31,306 bases of DNA, from IMG/VR virus record IMGVR_UViG_2585427737_000015. One strand, 5' to 3'. The position numbers were made by a program, and so were the translations under genes. The stretch's first letter is position 1. The number at the start of each line of letters is the position of its first letter. Shown here piece after piece: positions 1 through 8,831 of this stretch. The stretch is from a virus (taxonomy: Duplodnaviria > Heunggongvirae > Uroviricota > Caudoviricetes). The notes below the pieces were generated by a model that made no database searches, was not told the DNA's origin, and saw only the letters and a list, made by a program, of their open reading frames with translations.

Positions 1-1362
1 ATGTTTAAACCGGAACTCCTTTCCCCGGCGGGAACGCTGAAAAATATGCGTTACGCTTTCGCTTATGGCGCAGATGCTGTTTATGCGGGCCAGCCGCGTT
101 ATTCCCTGCGTGTGCGCAACAACGAATTCAACCACGAAAATCTTCAGCTCGGCATCAATGAAGCCCACGCGCTGGGGAAAAAGTTTTATGTCGTGGTCAA
201 CATTGCACCGCACAACGCCAAGCTGAAAACCTTTATCCGTGACCTGAAACCGGTGGTGGAAATGGGGCCGGATGCGCTGATTATGTCCGATCCAGGGCTG
301 ATTATGCTGGTGCGTGAGCACTTCCCTGAAATGCCGATCCACCTTTCGGTGCAGGCTAACGCCGTGAACTGGGCGACGGTGAAATTCTGGCAGCAAATGG
401 GCCTGACCCGCGTGATCCTCTCTCGCGAGCTGTCGCTGGAAGAGATTGAAGAGATCCGCAATCAGGTGCCGGATATGGAGATCGAGATCTTCGTTCACGG
501 CGCGCTGTGCATGGCCTACTCCGGTCGCTGCCTGCTCTCTGGCTATATCAACAAGCGCGACCCGAACCAGGGCACCTGCACCAACGCCTGCCGCTGGGAG
601 TACAACGTCCAGGAAGGGAAAGAAGATGATGTTGGCAACATCGTACACAAGTACGAGCCGATTCCGGTGCAAAATGTTGAGCCGACGCTGGGTATCGGCG
701 CACCAACCGACAAAGTGTTTATGATCGAAGAGGCCCAGCGTCCGGGCGAGTATATGACCGCGTTTGAAGATGAGCACGGCACTTACATCATGAACTCGAA
801 AGATCTGCGCGCCATCGCCCATGTAGAACGCCTGACCAAAATGGGCGTGCATTCGCTGAAAATCGAAGGTCGTACCAAATCTTTCTACTATTGTGCACGC
901 ACCGCACAGGTTTACCGCAAAGCTATCGATGACGCCGCTGCGGGAAAACCGTTCGATACCAGCCTGCTGGAAACTCTGGAAGGTCTGGCGCATCGTGGCT
1001 ATACCGAAGGTTTCCTGCGTCGTCATACTCACGACGATTATCAGAACTACGAATACGGTTATTCAGTTTCTGACCGCCAGCAGTTTGTTGGTGAGTTTAC
1101 CGGTGAGCGCAAGGGGGACCTCGCGGCGGTAGCGGTGAAAAATAAATTCTCCGTTGGCGACAGCCTTGAGCTGATGACGCCGCAAGGCAACATTAATTTT
1201 ACCCTTGAGCACATGGAAAACGCCAAAGGCGAAGCTATGCCGATAGCACCAGGCGATGGTTATACTGTGTGGCTCCCGGTCCCGCAGGATCTTGAGCTCA
1301 ATTACGCGCTGCTGATGCGTAATTTCTCCGGGGAAACCACGCGTAATCCCCACGGTAAGTGA
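1..1362 (+). CDS. yegQ: U32-family peptidase-like protein YegQ (tRNA hydroxylation protein TrhP), complete 453 aa
   Basis: ORF track 1..1362; sequence recognised as E. coli YegQ from memory, same length; ATG at 1, TGA at 1360-1362; chromosomal G+C. Synteny yegQ-cyaR-ogr matches the E. coli K-12 arrangement. Confidence 0.88.
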   Translation: MFKPELLSPAGTLKNMRYAFAYGADAVYAGQPRYSLRVRNNEFNHENLQLGINEAHALGKKFYVVVNIAPHNAKLKTFIRDLKPVVEMGPDALIMSDPGLIMLVREHFPEMPIHLSVQANAVNWATVKFWQQMGLTRVILSRELSLEEIEEIRNQVPDMEIEIFVHGALCMAYSGRCLLSGYINKRDPNQGTCTNACRWEYNVQEGKEDDVGNIVHKYEPIPVQNVEPTLGIGAPTDKVFMIEEAQRPGEYMTAFEDEHGTYIMNSKDLRAIAHVERLTKMGVHSLKIEGRTKSFYYCARTAQVYRKAIDDAAAGKPFDTSLLETLEGLAHRGYTEGFLRRHTHDDYQNYEYGYSVSDRQQFVGEFTGERKGDLAAVAVKNKFSVGDSLELMTPQGNINFTLEHMENAKGEAMPIAPGDGYTVWLPVPQDLELNYALLMRNFSGETTRNPHGK

Positions 1363-1393
1363 TTAATTTCGATTATTTTTCCCGGATGGAAAA

Positions 1394-1439
1394 TTCTTAG
1401 AAACCGATCACATACAGCTGTATTTATTAAGGTTATCAT
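1394..1439 (+). promoter_or_regulatory. Putative cyaR promoter: CRP-like half-site TCACA (1408-1412, within a 22-bp window centred about -42) and -10-like TATCAT (1434-1439)
   Basis: Position relative to the inferred cyaR 5' end at 1447; right CRP half-site is perfect, left half-site is poor (TTAGA). CyaR is known to be CRP-dependent. Read by eye only. Confidence 0.3.
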
Positions 1440-1446
1440 CCGTTTC

Positions 1447-1533
1447 GCTGAAAAACATAACCCATAAAATGCTAGCTGTACCAGGAACCACCTCCTTAGC
1501 CTGTGTAATCTCCCTTACACGGGCTTATTTTTT
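1447..1533 (+). ncRNA. cyaR: CyaR (RyeE) Hfq-dependent small RNA
   Basis: Sequence GCTGAAAAACATAACCCATAAAATGCTAGCTGTACCAGGAACCACCTCCTTAGCCTGTGTAATCTCCCTTACACGGGCTTATTTTTT matches remembered E. coli CyaR; ends in a stem-loop plus U-tract. Confidence 0.85.
1507..1533. other. Prophage attachment-site core (attL or attR): 27-bp P2 att core AATCTCCCTTACACGGGCTTATTTTTT
   Basis: Exact reverse complement of the P2 core AAAAAATAAGCCCGTGTAAGGGAGATT as I recall it; lies at the 3' end of cyaR immediately before phage gene ogr, as expected for ogr-att-int topology. Confidence 0.75.
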
Positions 1534-1596
1534 ACGTACAACAAATTGAAATAAAAGGATTTATTTCTGGTCACGTCCATATATTGACCACATCGA

Positions 1597-1622
1597 CAAA
1601 AAAGCCCCTCGACTGAGGGGCT
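1597..1622 (-). terminator. Rho-independent terminator downstream of ogr
   Basis: Minus-strand hairpin GCCCCTC-AGTC-GAGGGGC (1604-1621) followed by a U-run (plus-strand A-run 1597-1603), 13 nt after the ogr stop. Confidence 0.6.
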
Positions 1623-1634
1623 TCCTGTTTGTAA

Positions 1635-1853
1635 TTACATCCACATAATTTGCTGCCCTGACGGCAACGGGTGCGGCCTTACGGCGTGGACTTCTCCCGG
1701 CTTCACGATGTATCGCTGTACCGACTCATAAGTGATGAACGTGGCGCTGCAATTCACGTTCTGGCACTGGTGATAACGCTCTTTTGTCGTGTCAGTGATA
1801 TAGCGACTTGTACGCGCATGTGCGGCATGCTGGCATAAAGGACAATGAAACAT
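1635..1853 (-). CDS. ogr: Ogr, zinc-finger late-gene transcription activator (72 aa)
   Basis: Part of ORF 1635..1916; MFHCPLCQHAAHARTSRYITDTTKERYHQCQNVNCSATF matches P2 Ogr. Start set at the internal ATG (Met22 of the track ORF) to give the 72-aa P2 length. Confidence 0.88.
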   Translation of the reverse strand: MFHCPLCQHAAHARTSRYITDTTKERYHQCQNVNCSATFITYESVQRYIVKPGEVHAVRPHPLPSGQQIMWM

Positions 1854-1934
1854 CGCGAGCACCTCTTCCGGTTTTGTTGATGGTGCCATTTTAGTTAATT
1901 TAACCTTATAAAACAAACAGATAAAATAAAAACA

Positions 1935-3098
1935 TCACTCATCATCTTCTGTTTCGTACTCCACATCAGAAAGCCTGACCTCAAGCTCCAGGGACGTCGT
2001 GAAGCCGCTATTATTCAGAAAATGTGTCACCTTAGTGATTGTCCAGTCCTGCTCGTCTATGACGCGCTTAAAGCCTGATACTTTGACCGGCGTTTCCGTG
2101 TAAATATCTGCCCGACCAGTAGCCAGACTGATGGAGAACTCCGCAACGCCCCGTTGCAGCTTATCCCACTTCGCCTGAGCGGCGCGCATGGCCTGCGCTT
2201 TCGTGGCATATACCGTGGTCAGGGCAAAAACGTTGTCAGCCTCACCTGCCATGTATTCACCTTCGCGCGCTTCCGGTACTTTTGGCGCTTTCTTCTGCCT
2301 GACCGGTTTCGCTTTCGGGTGCTCCAGTGCGCGCAGGTGTTTCTCTTTCTTTTTGCGTTTCAGTTTTACCTTCTGCTTTTGTGGCTTCGGGTCTTTGGTG
2401 TGTAACCACTTTGCCGTTACGCCGGTATAGGCTCCACGGTCAGCAATCGCAAAATGATGGCGGTCGCCGTCGCTGCGGGTTATGGTGACCTGCGGGATTT
2501 TTTTACCACTGGCCGTCACCCCCTGCCCCGCTTTGAGAAACAACAATTTTCCCATTTTTACCGACACCTCACCGCCGTTGCGTTCAGCAAGACGGGTCAG
2601 GAATTTCGCATCGGACTCCTGCGACTGGTCGATGTGCGGGATTTTAATTCCGGCCAGTGACGGAGCGACACTGGCTTCCAGCTTGTTACGACAGGCTATC
2701 GCCTCAACAATCGCACCGAGTGTGGTGTCATGCCAGGAGCCTTCCCGGCGGGAATTGAGCGTGCCACGAAAATCTGCACTCCGGGCGCGGATGGTAACCA
2801 CATCCGGCGCGCCCCGGTGTTCAACCTCATCAACGGTAAATTTCCCTTTGCATACCAGGGCAAACCCTTTCCAGCCGATATACACCGTCAGGACAGCGCC
2901 ACGAATCGGCAGCCCGACCTGCCCGTCGGCATCGTTCAGTTCAATATCAAGCTGGTCAGCCTCAAAGCCCCGGTTATCCGTCAGGGTCATGCTCATCAGA
3001 CGGTCGCTGATATTGCCGGTAATATCCCTGCTGTCGAGCATCAGCATGTAATCCGGCGTCAGCGTACTGCCTGCATCAAATGTCAGTGCATCCAGCAT
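1935..3098 (-). CDS. D: Tail protein gpD (387 aa)
   Basis: ORF track; length and position after U match P2 gpD. Confidence 0.85.
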   Translation of the reverse strand: MLDALTFDAGSTLTPDYMLMLDSRDITGNISDRLMSMTLTDNRGFEADQLDIELNDADGQVGLPIRGAVLTVYIGWKGFALVCKGKFTVDEVEHRGAPDVVTIRARSADFRGTLNSRREGSWHDTTLGAIVEAIACRNKLEASVAPSLAGIKIPHIDQSQESDAKFLTRLAERNGGEVSVKMGKLLFLKAGQGVTASGKKIPQVTITRSDGDRHHFAIADRGAYTGVTAKWLHTKDPKPQKQKVKLKRKKKEKHLRALEHPKAKPVRQKKAPKVPEAREGEYMAGEADNVFALTTVYATKAQAMRAAQAKWDKLQRGVAEFSISLATGRADIYTETPVKVSGFKRVIDEQDWTITKVTHFLNNSGFTTSLELEVRLSDVEYETEDDE

Positions 3099-3577
3099 TA
3101 TCCCGCCCCCGTCATACCCGTGAATTTAGTCGCCATACTGCCAGCCTTACCGATGAGCGATTCCGCCTGTTTACCGATATCGCCATAAAGCGCGGCCAGT
3201 GATTCATCAACGCGGGTAAGCGACAGCGTAAAATCAATTTTTCGGGGTGTGCCGTCTGCAAAGAAAATACTCCCTGTTTCACTCACCTTGCTGATGACAT
3301 ACATGCCGTAAATCATGCCGGTGCCATCCAGCAACGGCCACGCCCGGCCTTCCTCTGCCATCAGCCTGAGCGTGGTCATCGTCAGCTTTCCGCCGGTCAG
3401 CTCGGGATAAAGCACACCGGCAAGCGTGATGTTTTCCTCGCCAACACCGAGAAACTGAAAGGCATCCCGTTTACCGATACGGGAATTTGACGGCCAGCGA
3501 TAATCTGATTCACGCTGCATGGTCTGGTGTGGCAGCGTCTGGCGCATAAAAACAAACATACCTAACGCGAGCATCAT
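3098..3577 (-). CDS. U: Tail protein gpU (159 aa)
   Basis: ORF track; P2 gpU length; single-nucleotide overlap with D at 3098. Confidence 0.85.
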   Translation of the reverse strand: MMLALGMFVFMRQTLPHQTMQRESDYRWPSNSRIGKRDAFQFLGVGEENITLAGVLYPELTGGKLTMTTLRLMAEEGRAWPLLDGTGMIYGMYVISKVSETGSIFFADGTPRKIDFTLSLTRVDESLAALYGDIGKQAESLIGKAGSMATKFTGMTGAG

Positions 3578-3591
3578 TTTTCGTCACCTCC

Positions 3592-6036
3592 TTAACCGTC
3601 ATGCATCATGCTGGCACGGGCGCGCGCACGTTTATCCCGCTCGTATTTTTCGAGCGCATCCTGTAACTGGCGGTCGAGCTGTATCCCCGGCGTAGTACCG
3701 CCCGTCAGGCTGATGTGATATTCGTTTTTACTCTGGTCCACATAAGAGCGGCCAGCCGGTGCCGTAACCGGCTGATAAGCCTGATAGCCTGCATAAGAGC
3801 TGGTCGCCGGAATATAACCACCGCTGCCATACGTGGCGGCTTGAGTTCTGGCGGCGGTCTGGTCAAGTGTGTCTGACTCTTTGTTGATAACACCGAGTTT
3901 TTCCAGTACCCAGTCAATTCCGCTGCGCAGTTTGTTGAACGCATTAAGCGGCAGCATCAGCGCGTCAGCCAGTGCCTGCCCGAACATGACGCCAGTATCA
4001 CGGCAACGGTTCAGGGTGTCCTGGGTGGCTTTGACCGGGGCAATCAGGTTTTTAAACCACTGCCACGCGGCCTGTAACTTTTCGCCCAGCCAGTCAAACA
4101 CCGGCTTAAGTGGCGTGAACAGTTCCCCCACCGGCGCAAATGCCGCTTTCAGCCCTTCCATCACACCGCCAAAGAATGCGCTGACAGGCTCCCAGTATTT
4201 ACGGATAAGCAACGCCCCGGCGACAATGGCGGCCACCACGGCCACAACCGGCCAGCTAATCGCCCCGATGGCGGTCATAACAGCACTGCCAACCGTCGTG
4301 AAGACTGCCCCCATTGCGCCTGCTGCCGCGATGATGGCATTGATGCCAGTGATAACCGGCCAGGCTACAAGACCAATGGCACCGATGATGCCAATAAGCG
4401 CCAGCGCGCCACCGACAATGAGGCCGATGGTTGACGCCAGTGATTTGTTTTTCTGGATCCAGCCGTCGAGTTTTAACACATACTTTGTGGCCGTCTGCGT
4501 GAGCTTACGCAGTGCGCCTTCCTGCTGGTCAAACAGGTCAGTCCCCACCGCTTCATAAGCGGACTGAAACTCCTTAAAGTCACCGCCGAGGTTGTCCTGC
4601 ATGATTTTAACCAGCTCTTCCGTTTTACCGTCTGAGGCTTTCAGTGTAGCGGTCAGTTTGTCCAGCTTTCCGGTTGAGGCGGCAGTCATCAGCACGGCGG
4701 CGGCTGAACTGGCCTCCTCCCCGAAAATGGTTTTCATATATTCAGCCTTCTGAGACGTTCCCAGCTTGTGTTTATCAAAGCTGGCCTGAATCTCTTTCAG
4801 AATGGTGAACAACGGACGCATATTTCCCTTTTTGTCCGAGGTTTTAACGCCAAGCTCTTTGAGTGCATCCCATGCTTTTCCAGTCGGTGCCTGTAATCGG
4901 GTGACAACGGCACTGCCTCCCGTACCCGCCATTGACCCCCTAATTTTTGTCATGCAGCGCACCTGTCATGGCCGCTGCCTGTTCAAGACTTACACCTGCC
5001 GTCCTCGCAACCGGACCGAGGTAAGTCAGTGCATCACTGAGTCCCTGAAAATCAGCCGCCGACTTATTCATCGTTGCCGACAACACGTCGCCCACATGGC
5101 TGACATCATCATTTGAAAGCTGAAAGGCGGATTTCATCCCCAGCAACAGGGCGCGTTTTCTTCCATCGTGCGATGATTCGCCAGTGCCATATTCAGCGTG
5201 ACCGGCGTTGCCGCCTGAATAGCCGCAGCATCTCCACCCGCTTTCGCAATGATAATCTGCGCACCGGCCGCATCATCCGCTGAGGCGGCGGTATTGTCGC
5301 CGAGCTGGCGCGCCTGTTTGCGGAGCGCGGCCATTTCGGCGGAATCTTTTGCCACACCGAGCACGGCCTGCAATTCTGAGTTTTTCTGCGCAAACTCATA
5401 ACCGGGCATCAGCAGCTTAACTCCGGCCATCGTTCCCGCCGCCGCAATCCCCACACCGGCAGCGCCCACTGAGGCCATATTTCCGGCAAGTTCTTTTCCT
5501 GCCTGATAACGCTGTTTGACTGCGTTAAGTTTTGCCTGTTGTGCACTGACACGCGCCAGCGCGTCACGCTGCCGGTTAAGCTGTGCGGTGGTTTCACTGA
5601 TACGGTTTTTCAGTCCCTGCTCATCATGTGCAAGATTGCGGGTATTAATTCCCACAACGGCCAGTTCCCGCTGCTGGCGTTTAACGGAATCCGTCAGGCG
5701 GTTATATTTCGCCTGTAAGTCCTCCGCCGCACGCTTCGCGGATTCCAGCACTTTCGCCTGAGCACGTGTCGGACGTTCGGTGTTTTTAAACTGTGTGGCA
5801 AGGGCTTCGGCCTCCTGCCGTGCCTTTTCAAGTGCATGACCAGTCACGGCGAGCTGTGCGCTGGTCTTGCGAAATCCCTCAATACGGGATGCGTGACCGT
5901 TCAGCTCGCGCAGTGATTTTTGTGTTTCCCGGATATCCCCCGACAGCGATTTGCTCGCTGTGCGGATGGATTTAAACGGGCGGGATGCCTGGTCAACAGC
6001 CCTGAGCAATACCTGTAATTTTACATTGTTACTCAT
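3592..6036 (-). pseudogene. T: Tail tape-measure gene T, 815-codon span, interrupted by two compensating frameshifts
   Basis: Three abutting minus-strand ORFs: 5134..6036 (300 aa), 4940..5146 (68 aa, other frame), 3592..4962 (456 aa, back in the first frame). All three read as tape-measure sequence (Ala/Gly-rich hydrophobic core). Frame changes sit at a C-run (plus-strand GGG 5149-5151) and an A5 run (plus-strand TTTTT 4944-4948). Confidence 0.8.
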
Positions 6037-6456
6037 TCGTGTTTCCGCTTCGCCGGAGCGCCTTTTCGCGCCATGTGATGAGTTCGGTCAGGCTCATGGG
6101 ATACAGTTCTGATGGCGGCCAGTGAAATATCACTGCCACATCCGCCATCAGGTCATCGACCGAGAGATTTTTCGGAAACGTCACTGCACCGAGTTCGGCG
6201 ACAAAAAACCGACCACCTTACCGGCCAGCGCCACAAGGTCAGGCAGTTCCAGCGCGGCGACCTCCTGCTCGGTCAGCATCGGTGCCGTCATGCGCGGCAG
6301 CACTTTAATCAGTGCATCGACTTCGGAGTTTGCGACCGCTGCCAGACTGACACCGCGCAGCGTCCCGGCACTGGGTTTCATCAGCGTGACCTGTTCGATA
6401 ACCTGCTCACCACGTTTGACCGGATTGTCCAGGGTAATCACATTTTCTTTGTTCAT
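6029..6456 (-). CDS. E': gpE+E' tail assembly chaperone, product of programmed -1 ribosomal frameshift (142 aa)
   Basis: Slippery heptamer T-TTT-TTG on the minus strand (6202-6208). The -1 frame stays open for 57 codons (VAELGAVTFPKNLSV...WREKALRRSGNTNE) to TAA at 6029-6031, overlapping the T start ATGAGTAA; total 142 aa as for P2 E+E'. Confidence 0.7.
6181..6456 (-). CDS. E: Tail assembly chaperone gpE (91 aa)
   Basis: ORF track 6181..6456; P2 gpE length; ends VVGFLSPNSVQ. Confidence 0.85.
   Translation of the reverse strand: MNKENVITLDNPVKRGEQVIEQVTLMKPSAGTLRGVSLAAVANSEVDALIKVLPRMTAPMLTEQEVAALELPDLVALAGKVVGFLSPNSVQ
6202..6208 (-). promoter_or_regulatory. -1 programmed frameshift slippery site TTTTTTG in gene E
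   Basis: Seen directly in sequence; conserved tail-chaperone frameshift position upstream of the tape-measure gene. Confidence 0.7.
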
Positions 6457-6512
6457 GGTTTTCTCACTTCTGAATCGGGGTTAACCGGTCAGCCAGGCTG
6501 ACCGGATGAAAA

Positions 6513-7031
6513 TCACAGGCCGATATTGCGGCGGTGTTGCTCCAGCCGGTCGACGCCGTTCACCTTCTCAATCATGTTGATGGTGTCGATTTCGACCAGC
6601 TCCTTACCGTCCATCGTCAGCCGGAAATAGGTGCAGACCACGGAGATTTTCGACTCGGTGTCTTCTCCCTGTTTACCCTCGCCGGTGTCGATTTCTTTCT
6701 GACGTCCACGCATGACCACCTCGACGGCCACCGTTTCGCCGGTATCGTCGCGCTGGTAAGAGCCTGCAAAACGAATCGGGACGGCATCCACGCCGGTTGC
6801 GGCGTAAAGCTCCCAGATAACCGAATCCGGGAAGCCACCGAGCGACCACTCCATTGACAGCGCATCGTCATCAAGGCCGAGGTCTACCGGTGCGCTGCCG
6901 TTCATTCCCGCACCGCGATAGTTTTCGAGCTTACGGGTCAGTTTTGGCAGCGTGACGGACTTTGCAACGCCCTGATAGCTGTAGCCGTTCAGAAAGACGT
7001 TCATTAACTTGAGTTTGCGCGGCATTGCCAT
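6513..7031 (-). CDS. FII: Tail tube protein gpFII (172 aa)
   Basis: ORF track; P2 length and position. Confidence 0.85.
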   Translation of the reverse strand: MAMPRKLKLMNVFLNGYSYQGVAKSVTLPKLTRKLENYRGAGMNGSAPVDLGLDDDALSMEWSLGGFPDSVIWELYAATGVDAVPIRFAGSYQRDDTGETVAVEVVMRGRQKEIDTGEGKQGEDTESKISVVCTYFRLTMDGKELVEIDTINMIEKVNGVDRLEQHRRNIGL

Positions 7032-7043
7032 CGGTCAGGCTCC

Positions 7044-8234
7044 TTAATTGCTGTTAACCGAAGTGACCAGATTTGCCAGGTATTTATCGGTAATACGCTG
7101 GCGCAGGGTCAGGTTTTCGAGAGGAGGCACCGGTGTATAGTCGTAGTCGATATACAGTTTTCCGGCCTTGAGGGTTTCCGCATCGTTGGATTCTTCGCTG
7201 AACCAGCAGGTCGCATCCACGATATAGCCGTTTGTTTTCAGCTCACGGAATTTGGCATTGATGCCGTCAACGATGTCGCGAATCAGCGTTGCGGTGATGG
7301 GCTTGTCCACCGCCCACATGTGCGCCTCAGCCATCGTGTCGGCCAGCACCTGCGCGGTGCGGGTGTAGTTTTCAAAGAGGAACAGCGGGTCATCAGAGCA
7401 GGTACGGTTACCCCAGAAGCGGAAACCGTCACGGCGAATCAGCGTTGTGACGCCTGACTCATTCAGCAGGTCAGCATCGGTGCCGGACTCCTGCAAATCC
7501 CAGAATACAGATGCGCTGATGCCGGTAACACCGTTCACCCCGACGTTGGACAGCGTTTTATGCCAGCCCTGCTCCTGGTCGATTCTGGCACGCAGACCCA
7601 GCGCACGGGCGGTGGCATACGCGGTGGCGGTGGTACTGGCAACCGTATCCCATGCGAGGAAATCCGGCCAGATGACCATCAGCTCACGCTGGCTGAAATT
7701 CTGACGGTAGGCTTTCACCTCGGAAATGGTCTTACAGCCCCATGCGCTGATATATCCGAAAGCGCGCAGCTTCTGACAGACTGATGCCAGTGCAACAGCC
7801 ACCTCTTTGGTATCCAGCCCCGGCACACCAAGAATACGCGGTTTAACACCGGTTACCGACTCCGCCGCCAGCAGGGCTTTCAGTCCGGTGTACTGACCGT
7901 TTTCGTCAGTGGTGCCGATGATATTGGAAACGGTCTGCGCGAGTTTCGTTTCTTCGTCGTCGCCGGTGCCGTCTTCCACACGCACGACAACGGTGACCGG
8001 TTTTGACTGGTCAGCGATGGCCTGCAACGACGCCGCCAGCGTGCCTTTTTTACCGGCCTTTGCAATTGCGCTCTGCACATTGGTAATCAGCACAGGTTTA
8101 TTGAGGGGAAAGGTTTCCGCATCCGCATCGCTGGCCGTGCAGACCATGCCGACAATGGCAGTGGATACGGTGGAAATGACGCGGGTGCCGTCGTTAATCT
8201 CCAGCACCTGCACGCCGTGATGATAGTCACTCAT
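7044..8234 (-). CDS. FI: Contractile tail sheath protein gpFI (396 aa)
   Basis: ORF track; P2 length and position. Confidence 0.88.
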   Translation of the reverse strand: MSDYHHGVQVLEINDGTRVISTVSTAIVGMVCTASDADAETFPLNKPVLITNVQSAIAKAGKKGTLAASLQAIADQSKPVTVVVRVEDGTGDDEETKLAQTVSNIIGTTDENGQYTGLKALLAAESVTGVKPRILGVPGLDTKEVAVALASVCQKLRAFGYISAWGCKTISEVKAYRQNFSQRELMVIWPDFLAWDTVASTTATAYATARALGLRARIDQEQGWHKTLSNVGVNGVTGISASVFWDLQESGTDADLLNESGVTTLIRRDGFRFWGNRTCSDDPLFLFENYTRTAQVLADTMAEAHMWAVDKPITATLIRDIVDGINAKFRELKTNGYIVDATCWFSEESNDAETLKAGKLYIDYDYTPVPPLENLTLRQRITDKYLANLVTSVNSN

Positions 8235-8339
8235 CCGTTTAACTCCGTGGTTAATGGGTGCAACTATTTTCTGTTGTGCAGAGCATGAGACGCTATTTGA
8301 CCTGGCTGGTCAGGGGATGAAACAACAGATAAAGAAAAT

Positions 8340-8356
8340 GCGGGCAATTCGCCCGC
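8340..8356 (-). terminator. Candidate rho-independent terminator between the cargo protease gene and FI
   Basis: Hairpin GCGGGC-GAATT-GCCCGC (8340-8356) followed on the minus strand by a U-rich tract (plus-strand AAAGAAAAT 8331-8339). Confidence 0.35.
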
Positions 8357-8831
8357 CTGTCCTGATTTGTACTCACTCATTTTCCGCCTGACAATTTACA
8401 TAGCCCAAATGCTATCAAATCTGACAGTCTGCTTTGAGCGAAGAGCGGACTTGAGACTATTGTAAATGAAAACCATATAATTTTAACCGGCAGAAACACA
8501 TGAGTAATTTTAAGGCTAATTAGTTATCTGGGAGATGAGGGGCAAAGCACGATATCGTACACCAATGGAATAAGCTTATGATTAATATAAATATAAAAGG
8601 CAGAAAGCCTTCCTCAAAATGGCTTGAATCGGGTGCATCTGTCTGCGAAACGATTTTTTAGACGTTTTTATCGCTTTCAGTTCAGTTTTCCCCTCGAATC
8701 CAAGTGACAAAGCCGATTTAGTTTTCACACATCCGTACAATGTGCATCCCTCGATGAGCCTTTTCAGGCAAAGTTACGGGGATGCTTGATTCATTTAAAC
8801 TGAGTTAGTACAACTTAATTAATAATATCAT

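Noticed and set aside
2154-3188. Plus-strand ORFs (83-189 aa) overlapping gene D on the opposite strand
   Set aside because: Fully embedded antisense to a well-supported P2 gene; no start signals; typical shadow ORFs in high-GC coding DNA. The same applies to the antisense ORFs inside T, FI, H, I/J, V, the lysis genes, M, N, O, P and Q.
5193-5399. 68-aa Arg-rich minus-strand ORF inside the T region
   Set aside because: Third-frame shadow ORF within the tape-measure coding sequence; unrelated to the frameshifted middle segment, which is in another frame.
8307-8660. Two small plus-strand ORFs (24 and 27 codons) in the FI-protease intergenic region
   Set aside because: No convincing ribosome-binding sites, very short, and nothing recognisable in their sequences; kept only as part of the non-coding-region finding.
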